64,000 nt of DNA from Pseudomonadota bacterium (GTDB taxonomy: Bacteria > Pseudomonadota > Gammaproteobacteria > Xanthomonadales > Xanthomonadaceae), in NCBI GenBank assembly GCA_023390905.1, contig JAEWBY010000094.1, positions 22,490-86,489 on the forward strand. The letters are read 5' to 3'. The notes below the pieces were generated by a model, which ran no database searches, was not told where the DNA came from, and saw nothing but the letters and a program-made list of their open reading frames with translations. Every line of letters begins with the position of its first letter. Position 1 is the first letter of the stretch. Made by a program: the position numbers and the translations under genes. Shown here piece by piece: positions 31,868-41,877 of this stretch.

Positions 31868-32785
31868 TCACTTCGGCCGCGCGTGCCGGTGCTGGTACCA
31901 GTGTTCGATCAGCGCGCGCGCGATGGATATGCGTGGTGATAGCAGGAGCCCGCCGGTTTCGCCTTCGCCCCGTTGAAGCGCCGCGCCGATTTCGCCGGCG
32001 GTGAACCAGCGCGCATCTTCCAGTTCGTCATCGACCTGCGGCGCGTCCGGTTCGGCATCGGCGGCGAAGCCGAGCATCAGCGAACCGGGAAACGGCCACG
32101 GCTGCGCGGCCAGGTAGCGGCTCGCGCGCACGCGCACGCGGGTCTCTTCGTAGACTTCGCGCGCCACGGTCTGCTCCAGAGTCTCGCCCGGCTCGACGAA
32201 GCCGGCAATCAGCGAATAGCGACCCGCCGGCCACGCGGCCTGCCGTCCCAGCAGCAGGCGCTCGCCGTCGCTGACGGCCACGATGACTGCCGGATCGACG
32301 CGTGGATAGTGATCGGCACCGCACTGCCCGCAATGGCCCTGATAGCCGGCGCGCCGGAACTCGACCTCGCCACCGCAGAGGCCGCAGTGGCGATTGCGCG
32401 ATCGCCAGTAGAACATCGCGCGCGCCAGTGCGAAGACACCCGCCTCGAACGCCGGCCACTGCGCCGCCGCGCGTCGCAGATCCGTGCGTCGCGGCGCATC
32501 GAAGGGAACGGTATCGGCTTCCTGCGCGAACCATGCGGCATCACCGCGCAGGCCGAGGAAAATCGCGGTGCCCGGCCCGCCTCCCAGCACTTCGCCCAGC
32601 GGCGCGGCCAGCGCGCCCTGTTCGTCGGCGAAAGCCTGGCCTTCGCGATCGAGCACGATCACGCGGGCCTGCGGCCAGCGCTCGAAAAGTCGTTCGGGTT
32701 GATCACGCAGGTGATCGGCGCGATCCAGCGGATCACCGGCGAACGCGAAATCCGTCAGTCCGGCTTCGGCACGGGATCCGGACAC
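31868..32785 (-). CDS. nudC: NAD(H) diphosphatase
   Basis: CGLCG..CGQC zinc site, YPRVDP, Nudix box GFVEPGETLEQTVAREVYEE, QPWPFP. Confidence 0.95.
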   Translation of the reverse strand: MSGSRAEAGLTDFAFAGDPLDRADHLRDQPERLFERWPQARVIVLDREGQAFADEQGALAAPLGEVLGGGPGTAIFLGLRGDAAWFAQEADTVPFDAPRRTDLRRAAAQWPAFEAGVFALARAMFYWRSRNRHCGLCGGEVEFRRAGYQGHCGQCGADHYPRVDPAVIVAVSDGERLLLGRQAAWPAGRYSLIAGFVEPGETLEQTVAREVYEETRVRVRASRYLAAQPWPFPGSLMLGFAADAEPDAPQVDDELEDARWFTAGEIGAALQRGEGETGGLLLSPRISIARALIEHWYQHRHARPK

Positions 32786-32792
32786 GCGGCGA

Positions 32793-33173
32793 TCAGATGC
32801 TGAAACTGCTGCCGCAGCCGCAGGTGGTCTTGGCGTTCGGGTTGCGGATGACGAACTGCGCGCCCTGCAGGCTCTCGGTGTAATCCACCTCGGCGCCCAT
32901 CAGGTATTGCAGGCTGAGCGGATCCACCAGCAGGGTGACGCCATCGGTGTCCACCGCCAGATCATCGTCGGCGCGGTTCTCGTCGAACTCGAATCCGTAC
33001 TGGAATCCCGAGCAGCCGCCGCCCTGGATGTACACGCGCAGCGCGAGCGTGTCGTTGCCCTCTTCATCGATCAGTTCGCGCACCTTGGCGGCCGCGGCAT
33101 GACTGAAGTTGAGGGGACGCTCCAGCGACTGGTAATCGGGCGCGGCCGTGGGCAGGGAAACGAAGTCGGTCAT
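32793..33173 (-). CDS. erpA: Iron-sulfur cluster insertion protein ErpA
   Basis: [25 protein letters not shown]. Confidence 0.95.
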   Translation of the reverse strand: MTDFVSLPTAAPDYQSLERPLNFSHAAAAKVRELIDEEGNDTLALRVYIQGGGCSGFQYGFEFDENRADDDLAVDTDGVTLLVDPLSLQYLMGAEVDYTESLQGAQFVIRNPNAKTTCGCGSSFSI

Positions 33174-33199
33174 GCGCAAAGGATGGGGTCAGCGCGGTC

Positions 33200-33922
33200 T
33201 CACTTCAAGCCGGACGCGCCGGCGCCTTCGCGCGCGGTGGCCGCGGCCCAGGTGAACGACTGCTCGCTCTGCGCCCCGTTCTGCGGGATCAGATGGGCGA
33301 TGACGCGCACGGGCTGGAAATCCGGCGGGAGCACGAGGTCGCCCTGGATTTCCTGGAAATACTTGAATGAATACGGCACGCCCGGCGCATTTGGCTCCTG
33401 CCGCAGATCGGCCCAGGACAACCGCTGGAGCTTGCCGCCCCTCGTGCCTTCGACGGACACGCGCAGACGGCCGGCATTGATCGCGCCGCGATTGAGGTTC
33501 TGGGTCAGCGTGGCGGTGAAGTGCCATGCCTGAGCCGTCTGCGGCTGCAGCTTCAGCTCATGGACCGTCAGGCCACGACGTTGGCCGGTCGCGCCGACGA
33601 ACCGCTCGTAGAACGCCACGTCGGCGCGCAGGCCGGCGATTTCTTCGTCGCGCTCGGCCAGCGTGGTCTGGAGATCACGGTTGGCGTCGCGGGTGATCTG
33701 ATCCGAGCGCGACAGCGTGGCGACCTGTTGTTCCAGGCGCTCGATGCGGATCTTCTGCGCGTGCCACTGCGCGGCGCTGGGCGCATCGCCGGAGGCGGTG
33801 AACACGCGCCACACGCCCCAGCCTCCGAAGGCCAGCAGCACGATCATCAGCGCCACCGCCAGATAGAACCACACGCGGCCGGCCGCCGGCGCAGGGGGGG
33901 TGGAAAGTGAGAACTCGCTCAT
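33200..33922 (-). CDS. DUF6776-like membrane-anchored coiled-coil protein (copy 2)
   Basis: TM segment, coiled coil, LRADVAFYE, YSFKYFQ..G..LP.DFQP. Confidence 0.75.
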   Translation of the reverse strand: MSEFSLSTPPAPAAGRVWFYLAVALMIVLLAFGGWGVWRVFTASGDAPSAAQWHAQKIRIERLEQQVATLSRSDQITRDANRDLQTTLAERDEEIAGLRADVAFYERFVGATGQRRGLTVHELKLQPQTAQAWHFTATLTQNLNRGAINAGRLRVSVEGTRGGKLQRLSWADLRQEPNAPGVPYSFKYFQEIQGDLVLPPDFQPVRVIAHLIPQNGAQSEQSFTWAAATAREGAGASGLK

Positions 33923-33976
33923 GAAAGCGAGGATAGCGCGGCCGGTGCACGCCCCCGACCCCGGCCGCGCGCCGAT

Positions 33977-34381
33977 TCAGGTGGCGGCCAGTGCGACCTC
34001 GTCCACGTCCTGCGCCACGCCCAGCGCCGCGTGCACCAGGCGGCCGGTCAACTGCGCGCCCGCGCTCATTTCCACGATCTGATAATGGATGTTGCCCTGC
34101 ACGCGGGCCTTGGACGCCAGTTCGACGCGCTCGCTGGCGTGCACGTCACCGATGAGCTGTCCGTTGAGCACGACGACCGGAGCGCGGATTTCGCCTTCGA
34201 TGACGCCCTGCTCGGACAGGGTCAGCGTGGCGCGCTCGCCCTCGGTCGCGAAGACCTTGCCCTGGATGCGGCCTTCCACATGCAAGCCGCCGCTGAAGAT
34301 GAGATCACCACGGATCACGACCTGCGGGCCGATCAAGGTATCAATCGGTTGTCCATCGCGGAGCGGTTTATGTTTGAACAC
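33977..34381 (-). CDS. Bactofilin (polymer-forming cytoskeletal protein)
   Basis: TLIG..I.GD..F.GGL.VEG.I.G beta-helix repeats; GTG start. Confidence 0.9.
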   Translation of the reverse strand: MFKHKPLRDGQPIDTLIGPQVVIRGDLIFSGGLHVEGRIQGKVFATEGERATLTLSEQGVIEGEIRAPVVVLNGQLIGDVHASERVELASKARVQGNIHYQIVEMSAGAQLTGRLVHAALGVAQDVDEVALAAT

Positions 34382-34383
34382 GT

Positions 34384-35115
34384 CTACTTTCCTCCTGCGG
34401 ACGCCGCAAGTTTCCAATCCAAAGCTTGTTCCACCGGCGTGTCGCCGCCGATGAGCCGCACCCGCACGCGTTGCGGGGTGAAATCGCCGGGCAGCATCAC
34501 GCTGCCATCGAGTTGCTGGAAATACCGAAACGAATAGTCCTGCCCCGGCACGCTGGCGTGCTGGTGCAGTTCGTCCCAACCGAGCGTGGCCAGTTGGCCC
34601 TTGCGTACGCCCTCGACCGCAAAACGCATCTGGCCCTGGCTGATCGCGCCACGGTTGAGCGTCTGCGTCAGCATGATCTGGTAACGCCAGGTACCGCCGC
34701 CAGCGCGGGTGAACTCGGCCTCGTGCACGCTCAGGCCCTTGCGCGGCGCGGTCTCGCCGACCAGCCGCTCGAAGAACGCGACATCCGCGCGCAGCGAGGC
34801 GATTTCCTCGTCACGCTGGGCCAGGGATTCTTGCAGTTCCTTGTTGGCAGTGCGGCTGATGCGATCGGAGACGCCCAGCGTCTTCTCGCGTTGATCCAGG
34901 GTGCGCAGGCGCGCGGCCTGATCGCGCAGCTGGCGCTGGACGCGGCTCAGCTCCTGGCGTGTCTCGGTCAGTCGCGGGGCGGCGGTATGGCTGGCCCAGA
35001 ACCACACCCCGGCCATCGTGCCGGCCCAGAACAATCCGCCCACCACCCACCGCAGGCCGCGGCGCGAAGGCTGGCGTTCGACGATCTGATAACGGGGAAA
35101 CGCGGAAGAAGCCAT
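34384..35115 (-). CDS. DUF6776-like membrane-anchored coiled-coil protein (copy 1)
   Basis: Paralog of 33200-33922: RDEEIASLRADVAFFE, YSFRYFQ, LPGDFTP. Confidence 0.75.
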   Translation of the reverse strand: MASSAFPRYQIVERQPSRRGLRWVVGGLFWAGTMAGVWFWASHTAAPRLTETRQELSRVQRQLRDQAARLRTLDQREKTLGVSDRISRTANKELQESLAQRDEEIASLRADVAFFERLVGETAPRKGLSVHEAEFTRAGGGTWRYQIMLTQTLNRGAISQGQMRFAVEGVRKGQLATLGWDELHQHASVPGQDYSFRYFQQLDGSVMLPGDFTPQRVRVRLIGGDTPVEQALDWKLAASAGGK

Positions 35116-35211
35116 GCGGAGTCCGCTACCGGCTGCGCTCAGGCAGCAGCCGGACCGGGGGCCTATACTCGAAGGACGACAGGGTGGTCGATTTTAATGG
35201 GAATCGCGGCG

Positions 35212-35817
35212 ATGTCCGAGGCACATTTGTTCGTAATTGGGATCCTGTTGGCATGGATGGCCGGGATTCGTGTCTATCTGACCGTATTCGGCGTGGGCCT
35301 GGCCGGCGCACTGGGGTGGCTGGACCTGCCGCCCGCGCTGCAGGCGACCGAATCCTGGTGGGTGCTCGGCACTTCAGGCGCGCTCGCCTTGGCCGAGTTC
35401 TTCGCCGACAAGATTCCCGGCGTGGATTCGGTCTGGGATCTGCTGCACACGCTGGCGCGCGTGCCGGCCGGTGCATTCCTGGCCGCGGCCACGCTGTCGC
35501 CGGATGGGCAGCTCAGCGGCGGGGCGCTGGCCGCCGGAGCCGGCGTCGCGCTGGCCAGCCATGTGCTGAAAAGCGGGTCGCGCGCGCTGCTGAACACCTC
35601 GCCCGAACCGGTGAGCAACCTCGGCGCGTCGGTGATCGAGGATGCGGTCGTGGTCGGTGGCCTGGCGCTGGCGTTCGCGCATCCGTGGATCGCGCTGCTG
35701 CTGGTGGTCGGGGTCTCGGTCCTGCTCGCCCTGTTCGTCTGGTGGGTGTGGCGGAAGATCGGCCGTGGCCTGAAAAAACTGTTCGGTACGTCTGATCCCC
35801 ATGCACCGACTGTCTAG
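35212..35817 (+). CDS. DUF4126 family membrane protein
   Basis: AGIRVYL, EFFADKIPGVDSVWD, SPEPVSN..S..ED. Confidence 0.85.
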   Translation: MSEAHLFVIGILLAWMAGIRVYLTVFGVGLAGALGWLDLPPALQATESWWVLGTSGALALAEFFADKIPGVDSVWDLLHTLARVPAGAFLAAATLSPDGQLSGGALAAGAGVALASHVLKSGSRALLNTSPEPVSNLGASVIEDAVVVGGLALAFAHPWIALLLVVGVSVLLALFVWWVWRKIGRGLKKLFGTSDPHAPTV

Positions 35818-35898
35818 GCGCCGGGCCACGCCCGCACGCCGGCGTGTCCGTGTACGTGAGATTCATCGCATAATCCGGCACACGCTTGGGGAAGCCTG

Positions 35899-37770
35899 AT
35901 GTCCGTCATTGACGCCACATTCCGCCGACAGGAGGAACCATCGCGTTCCCGTCCGCGCGCCGAGACGCCGCCGCCGCACTACTGGCGGCGCTGGACTGCC
36001 GATGCACCGGCGCGGCTGACATCGAATCAAGGAGATCCCGACGCGATGAATGCATCCGCTTCCCCTTCAGGCCCGGACCCGCAGGCCAACGCGGCCCCGG
36101 CCGTTGCCGGCCCTGCCGCCTCCGGCCCGCAGGTCCAGGAAAGTCCCTACCGCATCCTCATCGTCGAGGACGATCGCGGCCAGGCCCTGTTCGCCCAGAG
36201 CGTGCTGCACGGCGCCGGCATGCGCGCCGAAGTGCAGATGGAATCCGAGGGCGTGCTGGACGCCATCCGCAGTTTCCAGCCGGATCTGGTGCTGATGGAT
36301 CTGCACATGCCCGGCAAGGACGGCATGAACCTGACGCTGCTCATCCGCCAGCAGCCCGAATACCTGCATCTGCCGATCGTGTTCCTGACCGGCGATCCGG
36401 ATCCGGAGCGCCAGTTCGAAGTGCTTGAGAGCGGCGCCGACGATTTCCTCAACAAGCCGATCCGTCCGCGCCATCTGATCGCGGCGGTGTCCAACCGGAT
36501 CCAGCGCGCGCGCCAGCGTAGCACGCCCGCACCGCGCACGACCGTCAACACCGAAACCGGTCTGCCGACCCGCACGTTTCTGCTGCACCAACTCGGTACC
36601 GCATTGCAGTCTGAAGCGAAGGGCGGCCTGTTCTTCATCGAGATTGGCAGCGCGCTGAGCCTGCGCGAACGCTACGGCTATGCGGTGTTCGAGCAGTTGA
36701 TGAACCAGGCCGGCCGCAAGTTGGCCGAAGTGGCGGCCCCGTGCCCGGTGGCGCGCCTGAACGACAACAGCTTCCTCTGCCTCGGCGCCGGCATCGACGA
36801 GGCCACGCTCGACGCGCAGGCCGAACGCCTGCGCCAGGGGCTCAGCGGCAGCACCTTCCAGGCTCGCGATGACGTGCTCAATCTGCGCTGTTCGATCGGC
36901 TACACGAAACTCTCGCTGGGGTTCGACGATGCCGGCAGCGCGCTGGAAGCCACCGAGCGTGCCGTGTTGCAGGCGCGCCTGAAAGGCAACAACCTCGCGG
37001 CCTACGTGCCGGCCCAGCGCAGTGAAGAAGCGCCCCGCATCTCGCTGGAAGACGGGCAGTTCGAACTCGCCTATCAGCCGATCGTGGCCGTCGCCGGCAG
37101 CGACCAGGCGCAGTACCAGGTGCTGCTGCGCATGCGCCAGCCGGACGGTTCGCTGCTGCCGGCCTCGCAGGTGATCCCGGCGGCCGAATCGGCCGGCGGC
37201 ATCGCCCAGATCGATCACTGGGTGCTCGAACACGCCTTGTTCGTGCTCGCCGAACGGCAATCGAAAGGTCCGTCGCTGCGCCTGTTCGTCTCGCAGTCGC
37301 CGCGCACGCTCGCACGCGAATCGCACGCGCAATGGCTGCTCGGCGCGCTGGCCGAGCGCGGTATCGAAGGCACCTCGCTGGTGATCGATTTGCGCATGGC
37401 CGATGCCTTGATCCACACGGTGACGCTGCGCGATTTCTGCCATCAGCTGATGCCGGCCGGCGTGCAGTTCTGCCTGAGCCAGTTCGAGCCCGGGCGCGAG
37501 GCCGACGCCCTGCTGACACAGCTGCCGCTGGGCTACCTGCGCGTGGCCAGCCGCTACGCCAGTGCGCACCAGGATCCCAAGCTGCGCGACGAGTTGCGCA
37601 ACATCATCGATCAGGCGCATCGCGCCGGCCTGCAGGTCATCGGCCAGCAGATCGAGGATCCGCAGGCCGCGGCCGCGATGTGGATGGGCGGCGTCGACTT
37701 CATCCAGGGCAATCTGGTGCAGGCCGTCGGCAGCGAACTCGGCTTCGATTTCCACAACGCGGTGCTGTAA
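35899..37770 (+). CDS. Response regulator with degenerate GGDEF and EAL domains
   Basis: REC (IVEDD, LMDLHMP, KP); GGDEF position reads NDNSF; EAL position reads QVLLRM. Confidence 0.82.
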   Translation: MSVIDATFRRQEEPSRSRPRAETPPPHYWRRWTADAPARLTSNQGDPDAMNASASPSGPDPQANAAPAVAGPAASGPQVQESPYRILIVEDDRGQALFAQSVLHGAGMRAEVQMESEGVLDAIRSFQPDLVLMDLHMPGKDGMNLTLLIRQQPEYLHLPIVFLTGDPDPERQFEVLESGADDFLNKPIRPRHLIAAVSNRIQRARQRSTPAPRTTVNTETGLPTRTFLLHQLGTALQSEAKGGLFFIEIGSALSLRERYGYAVFEQLMNQAGRKLAEVAAPCPVARLNDNSFLCLGAGIDEATLDAQAERLRQGLSGSTFQARDDVLNLRCSIGYTKLSLGFDDAGSALEATERAVLQARLKGNNLAAYVPAQRSEEAPRISLEDGQFELAYQPIVAVAGSDQAQYQVLLRMRQPDGSLLPASQVIPAAESAGGIAQIDHWVLEHALFVLAERQSKGPSLRLFVSQSPRTLARESHAQWLLGALAERGIEGTSLVIDLRMADALIHTVTLRDFCHQLMPAGVQFCLSQFEPGREADALLTQLPLGYLRVASRYASAHQDPKLRDELRNIIDQAHRAGLQVIGQQIEDPQAAAAMWMGGVDFIQGNLVQAVGSELGFDFHNAVL

Positions 37771-37772
37771 GC

Positions 37773-40184
37773 ATGCCCGCCCACGGGCCTGCCCCGGTCG
37801 CCCCCTGGTTGGCGCTGGCCGCCAGCGTGCTCGCGCTGGCGGGCTTGTCGATGCCGTTCACCGGGATACCGGGGCCGTGGTGGTCGATCGCGATCGCCTC
37901 GGCCGCCGTCGCGGTGATCTGCGGCGTCTTCGCTGCCATCAACGCACGCGCCACGCATCGCAACTGGCAAGGCGCCGAGGCGCGCGCGGCGATCGCCGAG
38001 TCCGAACGCAACGCGCTGCAGCGCGATCTGCAGCGCCATGATCGGCTCGAACAGGAACTGCTGCAGGCCAAGCAGGCGGCCGAATCGGCGGTACTGGCCA
38101 AGGGCGAATTCCTCGCGACGATGAGCCATGAAATCCGTACGCCGCTCAACGGAATCGTGCCGATGCTGGACATGCTCGCGCGTGCCCCGCTGGCCCCGGA
38201 TCACCGCGAAATGCTCAACACGGCGAGCGCTTCCTCGCATCAACTGTTGCGGATCGTCGACGACATCCTCGATTACTCCAAGCTCGAAGCCAACAAGCTC
38301 GAACTGGAGATCACCGCCTTCAACCTGCGCGAACTGCTCGATGGCGTACTGCAGCTTATGCAGCGTCCGGCCGAGAACAAGGGATTGCGGTTGTCGCTGC
38401 AACTCGATCCGTCCGTGCGCCTGCCGGTACGCGGCGATCCGGTGCGCGTGCGGCAGGTGCTGAGCAATCTGATCGGCAATGCCATCAAGTTCACCGAACG
38501 CGGAACGATCACGCTGGTGGTGCGCCGGCTGGGCGAAACGTCCGGCCAGCACCTGCTGCGCTTCGAAGTGCGCGATACCGGCATCGGCATTTCGGCCGAT
38601 GCGCAGGCGCGCCTGTTCCGTTCCTTCACCCAGGCCGACGCATCGACCACGCGCCTCTACGGCGGCACCGGCCTGGGCCTGGCGATCTGCAAGCGCATCG
38701 TCGATCTGATGGGCGGACGCATCGACGTCGTGTCCGAACCGGGGCGCGGCTCGACGTTCTGGTTCGAGGTGCCACTGACGAAAGTGGTCGGCGACCTCAA
38801 GCTGCGTGACGCGCATGCGTTCAATCAGGGGCGCGTGCTGATCGTGTCGCCCGATGCACGCCTGCGCCAGCGCCTGACGATGCTGCTCACCAACTGGGGC
38901 GCACTGGTCAGCGCCGTGGAGACCACGCAGGAGGCGCTCGAACGCATGCGCACGGCGAGCGAAGCGCGCAATGACGACTTTGTCGCGGTACTGGCGGATC
39001 TGCCGGGCATCCGCAGCACCGCGCGCGCGCTGCACCGCACGCTCGCGCGCCGCGGCACCGGCGAGGACGTCCGCCTGATCTGGTTGTACGGCGATGAAGC
39101 CGTGCCGGAGGAAATCCGCGCCGGCAGTTCACTCCTCTCGCGCCAGGGACCGGATACCGATCTGCGCGCCGCATTGTTCGGCGACGTTCCCGCAACCGCC
39201 GACGTGGCCGATGCGCCGGTCGTCATCGACGACATCTTCGATGCGGCGGACGCCGAACGCAACGATGCGCCCGCTCCGCCGGCGGCATCCGCATCGTTCG
39301 CCAGCACGGGCACCGCATTGCCGGCGGAAACGCGGTTGCTGCTGGTGGAAGACAACCCGGTCAACCTGCTGGTCGCGCAGAAGCTGCTGTCCTCGCTCGG
39401 CCTGCGCAGCGAATCCGAAGCCAATGGCGAACTGGCGCTGCGACGGATGATGACCGAGCACTTCGATCTGGTCTTCATGGATTGCCAGATGCCGGTGCTC
39501 GATGGCTACAGCGCCACGCGCCGCTGGCGGGAACACGAAGCGCAGCTCGGCAGCGCGCAGCGCCTGCCCATCATCGCGATGACCGCCAACGCGATGGCCG
39601 GCGATCGCCAGCGTTGCCTCGACGCCGGCATGGACGATTACCTCGCCAAGCCGGTGGCGCGCGACCAGTTGGAAAACTGCCTGCAACGCTGGCTGCCCGC
39701 GGGCACGGCCCTGCAGTTGCGCACGGTCGCCTCCACGACCACGGCCAGCAGCGACATCGAATCCGAAAGCGCGCCGCCGCGCCCGGTCATCCCGAGTTTT
39801 CCCGTGCTGGATCAGAGCATGCTGGAAGAACTGCGCGAGATCGCCGGGGATGAAACCGCGCGCATCATCCATGTCTTTCTCGAAGATGCGCCTCGGCTAA
39901 TTGCATCGCTGGAGAAGGCCGCGGCCATTCCCGATCTGGACGCCATGCGCGATGCCGCGCATACGCTGAAGTCCTCGAGCGCCAATGTCGGCGCGATGGC
40001 CCTGTCCGCCGCCGCCAAGCGGGTGGAACTCGGCGCGCGTGCGGCCAAGCTGGATCGGCCCGCGGTGGCGGTGGCGCTGGTGATCGCCGAATACGCGCGC
40101 GCGCGCATGGCGTTGCTGGGCTATGCGTCCCAGGAACTCGGCAGGCCGTTGTCGGCGACCACCGGATCCACGCAGGCACGCTGA
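37773..40184 (+). CDS. Hybrid histidine kinase (HisKA-HATPase-REC-REC-Hpt)
   Basis: [44 protein letters not shown]. Confidence 0.92.
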   Translation: MPAHGPAPVAPWLALAASVLALAGLSMPFTGIPGPWWSIAIASAAVAVICGVFAAINARATHRNWQGAEARAAIAESERNALQRDLQRHDRLEQELLQAKQAAESAVLAKGEFLATMSHEIRTPLNGIVPMLDMLARAPLAPDHREMLNTASASSHQLLRIVDDILDYSKLEANKLELEITAFNLRELLDGVLQLMQRPAENKGLRLSLQLDPSVRLPVRGDPVRVRQVLSNLIGNAIKFTERGTITLVVRRLGETSGQHLLRFEVRDTGIGISADAQARLFRSFTQADASTTRLYGGTGLGLAICKRIVDLMGGRIDVVSEPGRGSTFWFEVPLTKVVGDLKLRDAHAFNQGRVLIVSPDARLRQRLTMLLTNWGALVSAVETTQEALERMRTASEARNDDFVAVLADLPGIRSTARALHRTLARRGTGEDVRLIWLYGDEAVPEEIRAGSSLLSRQGPDTDLRAALFGDVPATADVADAPVVIDDIFDAADAERNDAPAPPAASASFASTGTALPAETRLLLVEDNPVNLLVAQKLLSSLGLRSESEANGELALRRMMTEHFDLVFMDCQMPVLDGYSATRRWREHEAQLGSAQRLPIIAMTANAMAGDRQRCLDAGMDDYLAKPVARDQLENCLQRWLPAGTALQLRTVASTTTASSDIESESAPPRPVIPSFPVLDQSMLEELREIAGDETARIIHVFLEDAPRLIASLEKAAAIPDLDAMRDAAHTLKSSSANVGAMALSAAAKRVELGARAAKLDRPAVAVALVIAEYARARMALLGYASQELGRPLSATTGSTQAR

Positions 40185-40244
40185 CGCACGGCGAAGTCCG
40201 GCGCAGCATTGCGGCTCGCGCGAGTGGCGATCCGGCCCCAAACG

Positions 40245-40268
40245 AAAACGCCGCCTCACGGCGGCGTT
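40245..40268. terminator. Terminator between the convergent kinase and bfr
   Basis: AAAACGCCGCC-TCAC-GGCGGCGTT. Confidence 0.65.
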
Positions 40269-40288
40269 CTGCTTCGGCGGACCCGGTG

Positions 40289-40759
40289 TCAGTCTTCCAG
40301 CTTGGTCAGCAGGTAGTTCGGCTCGCCGATGCGATCGATCAGCGCCAACTGCGTCTCCAGCCAGTCGATGTGTTCTTCTTCCGAATCCAGGATGTCGGCG
40401 AACAACTGCCGCGTGACGTAATCGCCGACGCTCTCGCAGTACTGGATGCCTTCGCGCAGCACCGGCAGCCCGTCGTATTCCAGCGCCAGATCACAGCCCA
40501 GCAGTTCGCGCGGGTTCTCGCCGATGCGCAGTTTTCCCAGCGCCTGGAAATTCGGCAATCCGTCGAGGAACAAGATGCGCTCGGCCAGCTTGTCGGCGTG
40601 CTTCATCTCGTCGATGGATTCCTTGTATTCGTGTTCGGCCAGTTCCTTCAAACCCCAGTTCTTCAGCATCTTGGCGTGCAGGAAATACTGGTTGATGGCG
40701 GTCAACTCGTTGTAGAGCGCCTTGTTGAGGAATTCGATGACCTTGGCGTCGCCTTTCAT
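40289..40759 (-). CDS. bfr: Bacterioferritin
   Basis: [32 protein letters not shown]. Confidence 0.97.
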   Translation of the reverse strand: MKGDAKVIEFLNKALYNELTAINQYFLHAKMLKNWGLKELAEHEYKESIDEMKHADKLAERILFLDGLPNFQALGKLRIGENPRELLGCDLALEYDGLPVLREGIQYCESVGDYVTRQLFADILDSEEEHIDWLETQLALIDRIGEPNYLLTKLED

Positions 40760-40878
40760 GCGCGGCTCCCGTGTGCGTGCTGGACGCCGCATGCTACCCC
40801 CACCGGTCATGCGATGACGTAACGTGAATCACATGCATCTGAAGCGCGAGCCCGTCGTCACGACGGGCAGCGCGCAAT

Positions 40879-40941
40879 AAAAAAGCCCGGCAGCGGGAGG
40901 GAGCTGCCGGGCCGGGTGCGCGGTGGGAGGGAGACCGCGCA
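40879..40941 (-). ncRNA. Twin hairpins with (C)UCCCUCCC loops; the second is the phasin terminator
   Basis: UGCGCGGU-CUCCCUCCC-ACCGCGCA then GCCCGGCAGC-UCCCUCCC-GCUGCCGGGC-U6. Confidence 0.55.
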
Positions 40942-40958
40942 GTTCGTTGCGTGCGGGC

Positions 40959-41351
40959 TTACTTGGCCTTGGTGGCCTTGCTCGCCGTGGCCACGGAGGC
41001 CTGCACGTTGTCGGTGGCGGTTTCGAACTGGCTCTTCACGAGCTGGCCGAACGCTTCACCGGTCTTGAGGCTGACGCCGAAGACTTCCTGGCCGGCGGCG
41101 ACGAGGCGCTCGGCGTTGTCCTTGGCGACCTGCAGGCCCTTCGGCCACAGGTTGCGGTAGCTCTCGAGATCGCTGACCTCGGCCAGTTCGCCGAAGAAGG
41201 CCGTGGTGGCGTCGATGTTCTTCTCGAAGGTCTTCAGCTGCACGCCGAAGAGGGTCTCGGCGCTCTCCAGCGCCAGACGGTTCGCGCGCGCAGCGACAGC
41301 GGCGAACTGGTGGGTGTAGGTGCTGAACTGCTCGTTGAACTGGGCGGACAT
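40959..41351 (-). CDS. Phasin family (PHA granule-associated) protein
   Basis: 130 aa helical Ala/Gln-rich protein with phasin-like LE...QL pattern; TGC-N3-GCA sites upstream. Confidence 0.75.
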   Translation of the reverse strand: MSAQFNEQFSTYTHQFAAVAARANRLALESAETLFGVQLKTFEKNIDATTAFFGELAEVSDLESYRNLWPKGLQVAKDNAERLVAAGQEVFGVSLKTGEAFGQLVKSQFETATDNVQASVATASKATKAK

Positions 41352-41376
41352 GGCGGGCTCCATCGGAATGCCGATT

Positions 41377-41418
41377 TGTTGCGTCGCAGCATACCGCCAT
41401 CCATGTTGCAGTGCAATA
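41377..41418. promoter_or_regulatory. Two PhaR-like operator palindromes
   Basis: TGTTGC-GTC-GCAGCA and TGTTGC-AGT-GCAATA upstream of the phasin gene. Confidence 0.55.
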
Positions 41419-41491
41419 AATTAGCCGAGTTTGCCGACGAACGGTCAGGAACCGTTGGGAATCATTCGGTTGCGCTGGCCTCAGCCTTGAA

Positions 41492-41845
41492 TCAGCCCCG
41501 GTAACGGCTGCCCGCAGTGCAGGTTTCATGGACCACGACCTCGCTCAGGCCCGGCAACGCGGGCTTGAGCTGGTCCCAAATCCACACCGCCAGGCGTTCG
41601 CTGGTGGGATTTTCCAGACCGGGGATGTCGTTGAGGTAGTGATGGTCCAGGTGCTCGTAAATCGGCTTGAAAGCGGCCTTCACGTCGGCGAAGTCCATCA
41701 CCCAGCCGGTGTGCGGGTCGATGTCGCCGGAGACATGCAGTTCTACCCGGAACGAATGTCCGTGCAGGCGGGCGCACTTGTGCCCCTCCGGCACGTTGGG
41801 CAGGCGGTGCGCCGCTTCGAGCGTGAATACCTTGAAGATGTCCAT
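41492..41845 (-). CDS. queD: 6-carboxytetrahydropterin synthase
   Basis: [30 protein letters not shown]. Confidence 0.96.
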   Translation of the reverse strand: MDIFKVFTLEAAHRLPNVPEGHKCARLHGHSFRVELHVSGDIDPHTGWVMDFADVKAAFKPIYEHLDHHYLNDIPGLENPTSERLAVWIWDQLKPALPGLSEVVVHETCTAGSRYRG

Positions 41846-41877
41846 GACCGGATTCTATGGGCAGGAATGCGGATCGA

